61,869 bases of DNA, filler included, from Bipalium vagum (GCA_037834085.1; 3 parts of 3 records of this genome joined end to end with filler, not necessarily neighbours in it), one strand, 5' to 3'. Shown: positions 27,779 to 40,689, counted from the whole stretch's first letter. Program-made: numbers and translations. Notes: generated by a model not told the origin, from the letters alone.

Positions 27779-28247
27779 AAGTGTTTGAATTTAATTTTGC
27801 AGGTGATAAAAAAAATAAGACAGGTTTGTTTAAAATGACATAATATTTTCTTTCTTTTTTAGATATTTATTGATTATTGAATAATAAGAATATTAATTTA
27901 TTAAATTAAATAATATAAATAGTCCCTGAAAATTTTGTTCATACGGACAAGTAAACAAAGGTAAAACTTGGACAAGTAAAAATGTTTTAAAAATATTTTT
28001 TTCACATTGTACACTTTTTTTTTCAATTATTAATTTTTTATTTGCACTAAATTAAATTATGTGTAGAACTTCATCAAAGTATTAATTTTTTTTCCTCTGA
28101 AAAACTTCAATTTTTTACAACATATATTTCTGTGATTTCCACCGAAGAAGGTTGTAAACTATGGTGGGTATGTTGTGCTTGAGGAAAAAATAACTTGAAA
28201 TAAATAAATTCTTTCCATAAAATTATTTTATTTATTTATATTTTTAG

Positions 28248-28340
28248 ATCGATGCGCGAATAAGCTCTTTTCGATGTGATAAAGATAAGGAGTTTTCTAT
28301 GAAATATAATGTCGGGAAACCGGTTTCTGGAATTGCTTAA
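28248..28340 (+). CDS. CFAP77: CFAP77 terminal coding exon
   Basis: TTTTTAG| IDARISSFRCDKDKEFSMKYNVGKPVSGIA* aligns with VGRHLDTFPTEADRQRAL; phase 0. Confidence 0.75.
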   Translation: MDARISSFRCDKDKEFSMKYNVGKPVSGIA

Positions 28341-28422
28341 AAGATGCAATTGAAACATTAAAAAACATAATTTGAATAATAATTATGATAATAATAATTT
28401 ATTACACTATATGAAAAAATCG

Positions 28423-28965
28423 TTAAATAATATATTTGTTGTGGAGTTCTGGATTTTGGACTTTAATTTTAATAAATAATAATATTTTTTGGATATTTAT
28501 TATTGTTGCCTTTTGTTTCTGCATAAATCCTACTGAACTTCTAATTAAAAATTAATTTTTAACTAATCTTTTTATTGTTGTCATACATCAATACTTGATC
28601 AACCATGATATCTGTCATGGTTTTAAAAAATGGATACTTTGACTATTGATTTTAAAAGAAATATCGGAATCTTTTGTGGTTAAATTTTATTATTGTATCG
28701 TTTTAACATGGAATATCACTAGAAATATTTAAACACACTTTCCATTATAGATTATTTATTAATTATTTTATGATGTCTAGAAAATTATTGTTAATATTTA
28801 ATCAAAAATTAAATTTGTGTTTTTAGAATTGATGATATAAAGATGAAAAAAGTTATTATTTATTATGGTTAATAATAAATAATTTATTTAAAATAATTGT
28901 TAGGTATATGTACATATTTTAGCCATTTTTGCACATATTTAAAAAATAATCCAAATAATAATCTA
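28423..28965 (-). CDS. candidate 3' exons of an unidentified gene convergent with CFAP77
   Basis: Exons 28965-28914, 28642-28595, 28540-28510 (optionally 28460-28423) splice in frame to RLLFGLFFKYVQKWLKY/SKYPFFKTMTDIMVDQ/KFSRIYAETK; 54-bp GT-AG intron; last 49-bp intron would be GC-AG. Confidence 0.35.
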
Positions 28966-29199
28966 CTGCATGAATCAGGTTTAATGTCGCAAAATTAAAT
29001 TATTAATATTTGTACTTGGTGTGCCCAATGTAGTGAGCATAATGTAGAAATGTTAATGTAAACTAAAAAATATTATAATTATATAAAGTGCAATATATTA
29101 AAGGGAAATGTATTATTATAATACATAATAATAATAATAATAATATATTAAACATATATTATTTTATGTTTATCAGGTAAATGGGGTTTTTTTAATGTC

Positions 29200-30296
29200 T
29201 TTAGAAAATGAGTAATATCGGAGCGTCATTAGTTTCCTCTATTTGAAGAAAAAAAGTCGAGAAGAAATTCAAAAGGAATTTGATGATGTTTATAGTGAAA
29301 AAAGTCTTTCATTGGCTACAACAAAACGATGGTACAATGAATTTAAAGCTGGAAGAACTTCCATGGTGGACGTAGAAAAATCAAGAAGACCATACGAAAT
29401 CAGCGAAAAAAAAACGGTAAACCTACATGAAATTATACAAAATGAAAGAAGAATCTTAACAAGAGAGTTCACTGTGCGTTTAAATGTTAGCAAAGGTACT
29501 ATTCAGTCATTATTGGGAAGTAGTCACATCAGAAAAATGTGCTGATGATTCGTGACACGTTTTCTAACTGATGATATACAAGCTCATCATTTGGAGTGCT
29601 GCCAACAGAATCTGGCAACTTTACAACGTGTTGGGGACCATATGCTGGATAATCTCATCACAATGGATGAGACGCATCTATCTCTCTATATTCCGGAGTC
29701 TAGAATGAAATCGAAAGAATGGAAACTTCCAGGAGAGACCAGTTCAAGAAAGATGAAGATTTCATCACACAAAGTTTTAATGGTCTCCATTTGTTTGGGA
29801 TGCTAATGGGGTGAATCTCGCCGATTTTGCTGAATCCCGTGTTCGTCTCAACAGTGAATACTATATAAACATTGTGCGACAAGCTAGGACCCTGAGAAGG
29901 AAGAGCCGAGTCTCTGAATTGTATTATCTGCACGACAACGCACCTATTCAAACTATTGGATTGTGGCTTGATTTTGCTTCAACATCCTCCATACTTTCCA
30001 AACTTGGTTCCTTCTGATTTCCTTTTGTTCATATGCCTCAAGCGGGAACTAAGGGGTAAAAAAATTTCATCAAAAGACGATTTGCAGGACACTGTCAATG
30101 ATTATCTGAACTATAAATATCCCGATTTCTTCAATAATACCTTCTCACAACTTGTCACTCGCTGGAAAAAATATGTTGACGTTTCTGGGAACTTTATTGA
30201 AAAATACTTACCCGTACATATTCATTGTTATTAATACTAAACTTTTTTTGTGATAAATAAAATAAAAAAATACTTGCGTTCATTGTACCATAGTAC
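29200..30296 (+). mobile_element. near full-length dead mariner (irritans-like)
   Basis: ORFs 29243-30234: KRWYNEFKAGRTS, ITMDET, YLHDNAP, QHPPYFPNLVPSDF, LVTRWKKYVDVSGNFIEK; left TIR not clear. Confidence 0.92.
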
Positions 30297-31019
30297 ATGT
30301 AAGGTCTGGAGAAACATTGAATTTTATTTAAAAAAGAGTAAAACGTGATGATGCTCGACATATTCAATAATTACATGGACAATATTCAGTCACATAATAA
30401 AAAATAGAGTTATAAAAGGAACAACTTTTGATTGCTTAAGAAAAACGAAAAATGAATTTTTCTATGAAAACTCTGTTATGAAAATAATTGTAGAGTAAAA
30501 AAATCAACGAGAAAAATTCTCAATAAAATATCGATTGATAGAGAAATATTATGAGTTAGGTGAGACCTTAAGGTCTTGTGTAATCTGTAAGGTCTTAAGT
30601 TTGGGAAATCTTAATTGTGGATATTCCATGTATTGAACTATCCTTGTTAAAAAAATCATTGTAACCCACCCGTTCTTGTCATCAAAGAAGATATACGCTA
30701 CAAGGTTTATTCAACAAAAGCAGAACTGGATTACAAGGTTTTTTGTCTTTCTACTTCCCTTAAATTATCTAATTTATATCTTTTTCATTCTTATAGTTAG
30801 AAATTCTTAAGAAAAGTTATGAAAAGTTCTTGCTGGAATAAAATTTCCGTATATTAGCTTGTTCCATAGTAATCTATCATTTTTTAATGAAGAGTTTAAC
30901 TATGAAATTCATATTTATAATAAATCCAATATAAATCTGTAGCTCTTGTTTACCTGAATCCGTTGTTATGATTACCTTTTACAAATATATACTTTTAGAT
31001 TAAAATAGTATGCAAGAAA

Positions 31020-31560
31020 TGGACATTCAAAAATTGTAATTCGTGATATCCTATGGCATTATTGAAAAAAGGAGTGAAAGCATCGAAGGCCTCTAGAATA
31101 ATATGTAAAGTTGAAGGTATTCTCAATTTGAAAGTGCTTACATGAAGATTTTCGATAAGCCGAAATCGGACAGACATTGGTCAATGAGTTTTGAACTCAT
31201 AAAGGATACAGTTGCATCCATTCCACAAAAGAAGAAGACAATTATCACTGGAATTAAATATCCCTACTAAAAGTGTGTTTCTTTGTCTAAAAATGCTTGC
31301 AGAGTATGCTATCAGAATCTTCTACAAATACCTCAAGATTTAATACCTGAACAACAAAAAGGGCGTGTAAATATTTGACAAACCTTCCAAGGAACACTCG
31401 TTTTTGGCGACAAATAGTTACATGCGAGAAAAAGTGGATTTCTTATGTGTCCGTTGATAAGAAAAAAGCAATGGCGTCTACCTTAGCGAACCTATCGTTA
31501 ACATAACATAATCTTAACATTTAAAGGAAATAAGTACCATATATTATTGGGGAAATCTCA
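31020..31560 (+). mobile_element. mariner 5' remnant
   Basis: MDIQKIVIRDILWHY*KKGVKASKASRIICKVEG ... QIVTCEKKWISYV. Confidence 0.75.
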
Positions 31561-33469
31561 GAAAATCAATAAATACTAATTTCTAGTAAGCAGAATTTGA
31601 TGAAAAATTGAACAATTTTTTGAACTATAACTGTGGTTTTTTTACAATTTTTCAATTTGAAAATGGCACACATTTACCAAAAATCATTTGAAATTCATTC
31701 AAAACAAAATACTTAAGGGTCCCATAATCCATTATAGGATCAATAACACTGAACTATCTTCATACCAATTCCCTAAGGCGCTGTAATTTTCCCAATGATT
31801 CCTCATAAGTAATTAATGGAAATCAAGCCAATCAAATTCATTTATTTCAAAAATACAAGATTTTTAATTTAATTTATTTTTAATTAAATCGCTCATTAAT
31901 AAATTATTATTTTATTACTATGATTATAATATCTGATTTTTTGTCGTTGAAAAAATGCAAGTGAAATATATAGACAGCCCTATTTCACTTTTTTTTCCAA
32001 CGCTTATTTTCTACATCCTCTTTCTAACTGAAAACTTGTCTTTTCTGTATTAATTATTTTAAATTGCATTAGTTAACAATGCTTTATTATTAAAAAATAT
32101 TGTCAATTTCACACACAAAAGAATTATTGATCTTTCATTATTCAAACAATAACTGATTGACACAAGTTTGTACACTTCCTTTATATGCTTCAGTTTCCTT
32201 TGCTCCTATTATTCAGAAATGAATCGTTTGATGGTATTGATAAATCGATGATTTCAATATTAAATATTAGAGAAATTATTAATTATAAATAAATAATAAT
32301 ATACGTCACACAAATATCTCATTAATTATGATGTATCAATAATTATAAATTATTGATTGAAACTTAGTGAAAATCAATTATCATATGAATTGAATTTATT
32401 CCTGAGAATACATTATCATCTATTGGCATTTAATAATTTTTTAAGAAATAAAAACTAAAATAAAAAAATAATAAAAATATTAAAAAAATAATAAAAATAT
32501 TTTAAAAAATATTAAAAAATTAATGAAAATATTAAAAAATATAAACTAACAATAACCAAGAAAAAAAATGAATAATAACAAATAAAAAATAGAAAACATC
32601 TTTCACAATGAAAATTTATATTTGGTTATAATATTATTTTATTATTTTCTTGAATTTTATATTAATAAAAGATGCTTACAAGTAATATTATTATTAAATT
32701 AAAATTAATTAATTAATTATCTAAAAATTAACTAATTAAATAAATTATTTAAAAACAAGTTTTAAATTTACAAATTTCGTGAGATCTTTCTTTTCTAAAT
32801 AAATACTCAAAATTCTTTGATAAATTAAATGATTTTTCTTTTGTGTTGAATCAATTCTTTATATTCTTTATTGTTGAGCTAACGATTTTATTGTTTTCTT
32901 ATAAAATGTGAAATTAGAAAATAATCTTTATTAAATATTTTTTTTTATATTAAAAAATTTCATCGCGTGGAACGTCAATTAAAAATTTCAAAAATGTTAT
33001 TAATTTTACATTTTTTATTGTATACGTAATTTATTTATATTACATAATTCATTAGGCATCAGCTGCTTAGTTTCAATGAATACTTACGAATAAATGAAAG
33101 TTTTTGAAAATATTTATCATTTTTTCATATTATTTCATACATTTCATTAAACATGAAATATTGATATATATATTTACCAAATTTCTCTTCAACAAAGAAA
33201 CTTAAATGAATAATAATAAATAATTATTATTTTTTAAAATTATTATTTTTGCTTTACTTCAAGTTTAAATTTTAAAAGCAACTTGTTTTCAATGTTATAA
33301 TGATGTCGGTTTTTGTGAAATGTCTCATATTTTATGGTGTTCTGATCAGGAACTTTATTTTTATCTATAAAAATAATAATATGGTAATATTAAATTATAA
33401 TTAACACAATTTGTAGAAACGAAAAACGTATAGTTTTAATAATTCAATAGAATTCCTGCTTTATGTTTT

Positions 33470-33990
33470 AAAGGTATTGTCATTTCTTTGAGATTCGAAG
33501 ACAATTTCGAACAAAGTTCACTTGGAGACAAATTTCTGCCGAAACTGAAATAAACCGGTAGATCCTTTGGAATTATATTCACAATTATACTCACAGATTT
33601 CTTAGGTCATATAAAATTCAAGTGTTACAATATTTGTAAGAAGAGGACCTTGGCACACTTGTTCAATGAGGACCTCTTGTATTACCTAAATGGCCCATCT
33701 TTCAAAAAATGAATATTTTCCCGATCAATTCATTTTCCACTTATAAGGTTATGTTTACAAGCAGATCTGTAAGATATGGGGAACTGAGACACTAACAGAA
33801 ATGGATAATTTTCCTAAAGTTTGGTGCAACATATCATCAGATTGTATTTCACAGGCCAGAACGTTCTTCCGTCTTCCTTTTCTATGTTCATTGCCTGTTC
33901 ACATTACCGAAAAACTAATACTGTTTTTAAATACATTTTTTTATTTATTTTATACCTGATTTTGTGATAATGCTGCGTTCTCCGTCTAAT
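33470..33990 (-). mobile_element. DNA transposon relic, possibly Chapaev3/CMC-like
   Basis: Fragments SVPISY, KDGPFR, FRQKF in the order expected from SVPIAY..KDWP.R..LREKFP type transposases. Confidence 0.3.
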
Positions 33991-35789
33991 GAATATAAGA
34001 CAAAGTGTTCTACAGATTTTTTACGGTTCTATTATCATTTCCGAAGTGGTACCTAAAATAACATGAACACTTATTAATATATTAACTGTAATATGCTATA
34101 TATGGTATTAATATAAAGAATAATAATAATAATAATAAAAATAAAAAAAAAAATAATTCTTGTTGCTATAATCCCTAAAATGATTAAAAATTAATGTGTA
34201 GCATTAACCATAAAAAAATTCTTTAACACAAAATAAAAGCTAAGTTTGTTTTAATTTTCACCTATTGAATTTTGCTCAATTAATTAAATAGGTAAAAATT
34301 CATTTCCTATTTTATTTACGCTTTAGGAATAAGAACTTTAAGTTTTGTTTTATATAAAATTAAAAAAAAACTATAAAATAGAATTATTACTATTATATAG
34401 GCATAAACAGGTGACGTAAAAATGAAATTATGTTACCAAAATTAAAAATATAGGAAATGAATAATTTATTTATAAATAATAAATAATAAATAAAATAAAT
34501 AATAATTAATGAATAGAATAAATAATAATTAATAAATAAAATAAAAAATATTTAATAAATAGAATAAATATTAAATAGAATAAATAATAAATATTTCGAT
34601 AAGAATTTTCAAATCTTTTTTATTTTTTCCTGAAAATAAATTGTTCTTCTGATTTAATAATTTATAACACTTCTGTCAATTTGTGACTAAATTCACAAAA
34701 ATGCTGTATATATTTATATTTATATATTTAACATCATTATTTATAAGCGATGTTTGCCAGAAATTTTGTTTTTCTCATGAAACAGATTTTGTTATTAAAA
34801 ATTATTTACAATTAAGTCAATCGTGCTGATAATCATAGAATATCAGGTATTAAAATCTTACTTAATTTGATGACATTTGATTGGATAAAATGTTTACATT
34901 ATTTAAAATTTCAAAAATTCAGTTATACTTAACAATTTCGCACATGGCTCCTTAATATATCTCATTGTCATGAAAAAAAATAATAATTTTTATAATTTTT
35001 GAAAAATTATATTGTTTAATAAAATTTAAAATGATTTAAACAAAAAATTAATTTGACCTTTATGAGAATTTTTAATTAAATGTTTTTGCTGGAGAAATTC
35101 TATCTTGTACTTCACTTCCAAGTCTTTAGATATTCTGTTTTTAAGAAGCTATGAGTATATAAATTTTTTCAGATTTCTTGTCATTTGAAGGAACTCTAAA
35201 AAGGTCATTTAAAACAAATAAATTATTATTTTTCAACAAAATTATAAAATATTTTAATTTTCTTCTCAGATTCGTGACATCATGCAATATAATAAATATT
35301 TAATAAAAATTAAAAAAAAAATATATTCATATTTTTATTCGTGTTTTGTCAGGATTAAATTTTCTTGATTTTAAAGTTGAGGAATATTTCTGTCAATAAA
35401 TCTTTAATGATAGAAACAAAAAATAATTCAATGACACTCTAAATATTTTTCATTGTTTACGAAGAAACGAATCGCAAAAAGAAAACGATGCACGTATTTA
35501 TCTTGGAAATAAAAAATAATTATTTGGCTATAATAAATAATATGTGCTATAATTAGGAAAAAGAATATGAATTAAAACAAAATTTATGAAATTATAATTT
35601 TAAGAGTTGATTTTATTTAATAACATATTACAATATTTAGTTTCACTTTTCTATAGGTTACTTTTTACATATTTTATTATATTTTTATTTTCGTCAGACA
35701 TCCGATGTTGTCAAATTTATGAGGCAGTAATTAATATATTTTGCACTATACAGTGAGGAACGTGAGAACTCGCATTGTCACGGAGGAGT

Positions 35790-36650
35790 ATAGGACTATT
35801 CCAATTGACTTAAAACCACTGCTTTTTGATCATTAATTTGTGTTTTTACTCCAACCGCTAACAGTACGATGTACCAGTAACGGGTTTACCAGTTTTTATC
35901 AACTAAAAGTGAATAACTCCTCCAATTGATTACCAGAAAGTAACAATACACCTCTGTGGATGGAATTTCATTTGGAACTTCTTGGGTGGATCATGAGCAT
36001 TGTGTAGAACCTCTGCAGTTATCATAAATCATTCACTTATTATTCCAAGAAAGTATCAGTGGAATGTCTTTTGAGGAGAGATTTTGCTATATCATGTTTT
36101 CTTTTCATATGGATTTCCGTCAGATCATATGTTATTCATTTATCGTTTTCTTGACTTTGCTAATTACCCTCAGATGTTTGAAGGTCGTTTATCAGGAAAT
36201 ATGCTTCCTTGCTGATATATCTTGCACACTTTGCCTTGGGCATGCCTAGACTTCTTTTTTAAAAAAAAAATTAAAAATCAAAATCAGAAAGTCGCCCGGT
36301 TTTTTCTTCATCCTGCAGAGGTTTATTTTCCTTTCGGAACTTCTGGAACCATTTTTGTACTGTGAACTTAGCTGCAGTACTACCATTGTTAACATTATCA
36401 ACAGTTTCTGTTACTCTAAGAAGAAGTCTGAATTCGTGAAGCATTATTGTATAAAAAGCGATTCTGTCCATAATAAGTAGTTTGTTCACTGATAACTAAC
36501 AAATAATATCATTGTATTAAAATGTTTGTTACAGATAGAATTATTTTATATTAGTTATGTAGCATCAAAAATCAATAAGAAATAGATAGTACTTATAGAT
36601 ACCCTTGGCAGTTAGACTATTAAGAAAATGCGCCATTATTTTCAAAAGAT
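35790..36650 (-). mobile_element. decayed mariner (cecropia-like)
   Basis: MDRIAFYTIMLHEFRL...FTVQKWFQKFRKENKPLQDEEKTGRLS; downstream *MIYDN motif. Confidence 0.8.
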
Positions 36651-37024
36651 GAATTTCTTAATTCTGATTATTATATTTTTTATGTTAATAAAAATAATTA
36701 TGTTGAAAAAAATCTCCCACTTCCGAGTTTGTGCTACTGACCTTCCGATCAATAAAACTTTTGTATTCATCTAATATTTAAATCTCATCTTGGGCTGTGA
36801 AACAATAGTGTAAAATTACTAAAAAACTAATTGCAATCGAGATTAGACAGAATTTTAAACCCTTTTAGAAAACTTAAAAATACTCCTATGATAGTTTCAG
36901 AAATTCAAGCTAGTCAGGTTTTAAAAACTTTTTGGTTTCAGAGCAGTAGTGAAACGAATCAAATTTAATCAAAAGTAAAATTTAATTGTTAATAAAAAAA
37001 AATAAAGTTACTATTATATTTAGA

Positions 37025-37828
37025 CGTAGCAACGTATGCTCGTGTGCTCGTGACTCCTCAATTTTTATAAATCGTTCTGTCCTTAACTCCTCTCAATCTT
37101 ATCGAATCAAAACACCCACTATAATACTATATCCACACTGAAACTAAGAAACTGAATCAAAACTTTTCAATAAAACTTTATTGACCAAAAGCACAATCAC
37201 AATATCAATCACCAGAATAAGTCCCCAAAATATGTCCGACAATAAGTAATAATAAAATGAATATACTAATATAATGAGAGGAAAGAAAAAAATAATCACA
37301 AAGAGAAAAGTTCATGAAGAGTAATACTAGAAATAAACAAAAACAATGAAAGGTCTCACCAAGAGCGACAAGGGGTGCCCGGGTCGCCCTCTAGGTCCTT
37401 CTCAGATCACCTAGGGGTTCCCAAGCTCGCTGGGTCCCCTTATAAAATCCTTCTGCGAAGTCATATCCACTTGAAAATACCTTGATGTCATTTCTTCGGC
37501 TCGTAGTCCTTCTGAATCCGTAGTTTTCTGAGAGGCGCTTCCTCGAATTCTCGTTCTCCGTTGGTGTACTGTCCCGTTGGTGTATTGTCATTCTCGTATT
37601 CTGTCTGATGTACTGGCTTTTTTTTTGGGCAAATTGACGGGAATAGCTGTCTTTTTATATAATTGTAGAGATTGGGCTACGATCACCAATCTCTACGCTT
37701 CGAGACGGGTATTTCCAACAATAGCCTGTAATTGCTATTTCTGCCTCCACACCGAGACAAAAGAATTTAGTAACTCCAACGACGGAGTACTATTTCCATT
37801 CTCAACCTCGACGCCGAGGTTAATTACA
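37025..37828 (-). mobile_element. LTR of an LTR retrotransposon (3' LTR with adjacent PPT-like tract)
   Basis: Minus strand: ACGGGGAT|TGTAATT start, TATATAAAA box (~37652-37662), AATAAA (~37178-37183), end GTTGCTACG (CA expected); GC/CpG-rich relative to flanks; no matching TSD. Confidence 0.65.
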
Positions 37829-37836
37829 ATCCCCGT

Positions 37837-37839
37837 TAT

Positions 37840-37915
<76 letters not shown>
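37837..37915. repeat. (ATA)n then (TTA)n microsatellite (self-complementary)
   Basis: Orientation switch near 37893; source of the poly-I/poly-L ORF tail. Confidence 0.95.
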
Positions 37916-38015
37916 NNNNNNNNNNNNNNNNNNNNNNNNNNNNNNNNNNNNNNNNNNNNTTAATTAATTAANNNNNNNNNNNNNNNNNNNNNNNNNNNNN
38001 NNNNNNNNNNNNNNN
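37916..38015. other. artificial contig spacer
   Basis: 44 N + TTAATTAATTAA + 44 N, identical to the first spacer. Confidence 0.97.
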
Positions 38016-39169
38016 ATAATAATAATAATAATAATAATAATGAAACATCATTAAGGAAAACGAAAGATAATTTCAACAAAGAAATGCGACATAAGCTCAT
38101 ATTCTGTTGAAGATTTAGTAATAAATATTGATTCGGAAAAATTCATTATTTTTATATTTTATTTTCATGAAAAAAAAACCATTTTTACCACCCATTAAAT
38201 GAAAATAAAATTAAGATAAATTGCTACACCACTCATATTTATGCATCTCTACGAGAGGAATATTTTCTGATTTATACCTCACTAAAGAGTCATTTAGGAA
38301 TAAAACATTCCTTTCGTAAAAATCCAGAAATTCATTCTGCTAACAATAATGGAACGATAACCGTATCTTTTAGTGGTTATAATTATTCTCCTTCAATTTT
38401 TATTGTTTTAGTATCTTCTAAGACTCAATTAAATTTTATGAAATATTTTTCCTTTTTTTCACATCAACATATTTTGTCGGAGCTCCAACTGGAAAGGAAT
38501 AATATAAATAAATAAAATTTTTGTTATCGGTAAAAACGAAACAAGACCTTAGAAAATTGAAAAACAGGATAATTAATTATTACGATACATTTGTTCCATA
38601 ATAGTGGTTTCAGAAGCTAGCAATTTTCTTGTTTCCAAAACGTAAGCCAGTTTCCTCGGATTCTGGGAAATCAATTTTTTGAGATATTTTACGCTTCAAA
38701 AGTCTTTTTCCGTTTAATTGATGCATTAATTTCGTTTTCTATTACATATCTCCTTTCTGTGCAGATCTCGTCTTGATGAATTACTTCAACCAACAATATA
38801 CGGCCTATCTAAACCGATTTTAATGCAGAACAAAAAAAGTCTTCCCATTTTTAAATAACCGAATATTTTAACTTTGTCTACAGTGAAAGATTTGATTTAC
38901 TCCCAACTAAACCGGAAAATCTTCAATGAAAAATATTTAGATATACCGAATTGATTATGACTTAACCTAATAATCATTTTTTATAATATTTTTTAAAAAA
39001 TGGTTTAAAATATGAATTTCCAAAAATAATAATATTATTTTATATTATTTAAATATTATTTGATAATTAATTCGTTTTAGAGTACACTTTTCACAATGTC
39101 ATTACAATATAATTTATTTTAATAAATAATAAAAGTTAGTGGAAATTTATTTTAAACTATTATTTTAAA

Positions 39170-39521
39170 CTGGCTTTGTTGGGAGGTGCTTCCACATCCG
39201 TCATACTCTCGGAATTTAGGACTTTCAGATTATCACTTGTTTCGCGCACTTTCAAATAATCTAAATGGCAAATCATTTGACGACGAACAAGAATTACGAG
39301 ATTAGCTTACCAAGTGGTTTTGCTCAATATATAGGGCTTTTTTTCCACCGTTGAATTCAGAAACCTGTGGACCACTGGGAGAAAATGATTATGAACGACG
39401 GAAATTTTATCACAGACTAGATGTCCTATTATAAATGAGTTATAAAATAAAAGTTGAGTAAAGTTTTAGTACTTTAAAAACAATTTTTAAAGACGACACG
39501 AACTAATTCCTCAACCCAATA
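39170..39521 (+). mobile_element. mariner 3' fragment
   Basis: WEVLPHPSYSRNLGLSDYHLFRALSNNLNGKSFDDEQEL; TIR-like AACTAATTCCTCAACCCAA + TA. Confidence 0.85.
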
Positions 39522-39840
39522 TTATTTTCAGTTATCAAGCAAGTAGTATGTCCAAATTGATATGCATGGGAAAAAGAGTACTTTCTAATCTTCTTGTTAT
39601 CATGACCAAAAATTCAGTTTTTGTTTAAATGAACTACAAACGTGATCTTCAAATAATTTATACTCTGTAATTTGCAATTACTGGCGCAATAATAAAAATA
39701 ATAATAATTATTATTATTATAAAAGGCTAAAATAAAGTTACTCATAGATTAAAGATTATTCTGACAACTAATTATATCAACAAAAATCAAAGAAACTCTT
39801 TCAATACGCATATATTTTCATCCAAATGTAATTTTTATAG

Positions 39841-39877
39841 TTTGTATTTTATGCTGACATCTCAGCGTATTTATATG
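39841..39877 (+). CDS. possible upstream exon of POMGNT1-like gene (part of membrane anchor)
   Basis: TTTTTATAG|FVFYADISAYLY+G|GTTTTA; phase 0 to 1 fits next exon; weak donor. Confidence 0.3.
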
Positions 39878-40346
39878 GTTTTATTTTAATAATTCTAATA
39901 ACAGCCACTAAAAATAGATTATGACAATTTATTATCTACAAAATTTCTATTTATATCAAATTTTTATAAAAACAATATATTTTTAGAAGGAAAATTTCAC
40001 TGTAATAATTATTATTTTAAATTTTTTTAAGAATCAATGATAATAATAATAATATATTAAGTAATTTATTAATTTTAACAGAATGATTTTTTGTTGTTGA
40101 GAATTTTCTTACAAAATTACAACTTTAAAGTAAACATCAAATAAAATAAACAAAATTGTTTTTAATGACAATACAAGGATAATTATCGCAAGACAGAATT
40201 GGCTTTGATCTTGAATTTCCACAATATTATGATTCTTCAAATTATATTCTTAAATATTAAGTATCAATCTGGGGATTTTATTAAATTTATTTTGTTTGTG
40301 TAATGTTTTCATACATGAATAAACATAAATGAATTAAAATTTTTAG

Positions 40347-40447
40347 TTTATAATCGCCGAATTAAGAAATATCCTGACAGAGAACAAATGGAATTCCTCA
40401 TTTCTGTCTGTCCCCGGCAAATTGAGATGATCATTTCCAATATACAG
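40347..40447 (+). CDS. POMGNT1: POMGNT1-like exon (start of stem domain)
   Basis: TTTTAG|...CAG|GTAACT; YNRRIKKYPDREQMEFLISVCPRQIEMIISNIQ aligns to [22 protein letters not shown]; phase 1 to 0. Confidence 0.7.
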
Positions 40448-40689
40448 GTAACTTGATTTGATAAATGACTGAAATAATAATCATTACCAATCTCCAGTCG
40501 TCACAAAACTGTTTAATTCACAGAGTGCAGACAGAATATGGATCTCTAAGTAGACCTTTATCATGATAAGTTGAATACTAATTTTTAGAGTGCAAGAATT
40601 ATTATTAACAGTCCTATTGCAGCAGATTAATTTCAAGTTTTTCAAGAATGTTACATAAAAATATTAAATTAATATTATTATGAATGAGA

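Noticed and set aside
37391-37963. ORFs within the LTR
   Set aside because: Chance frames in GC-richer sequence running into a microsatellite and gap.
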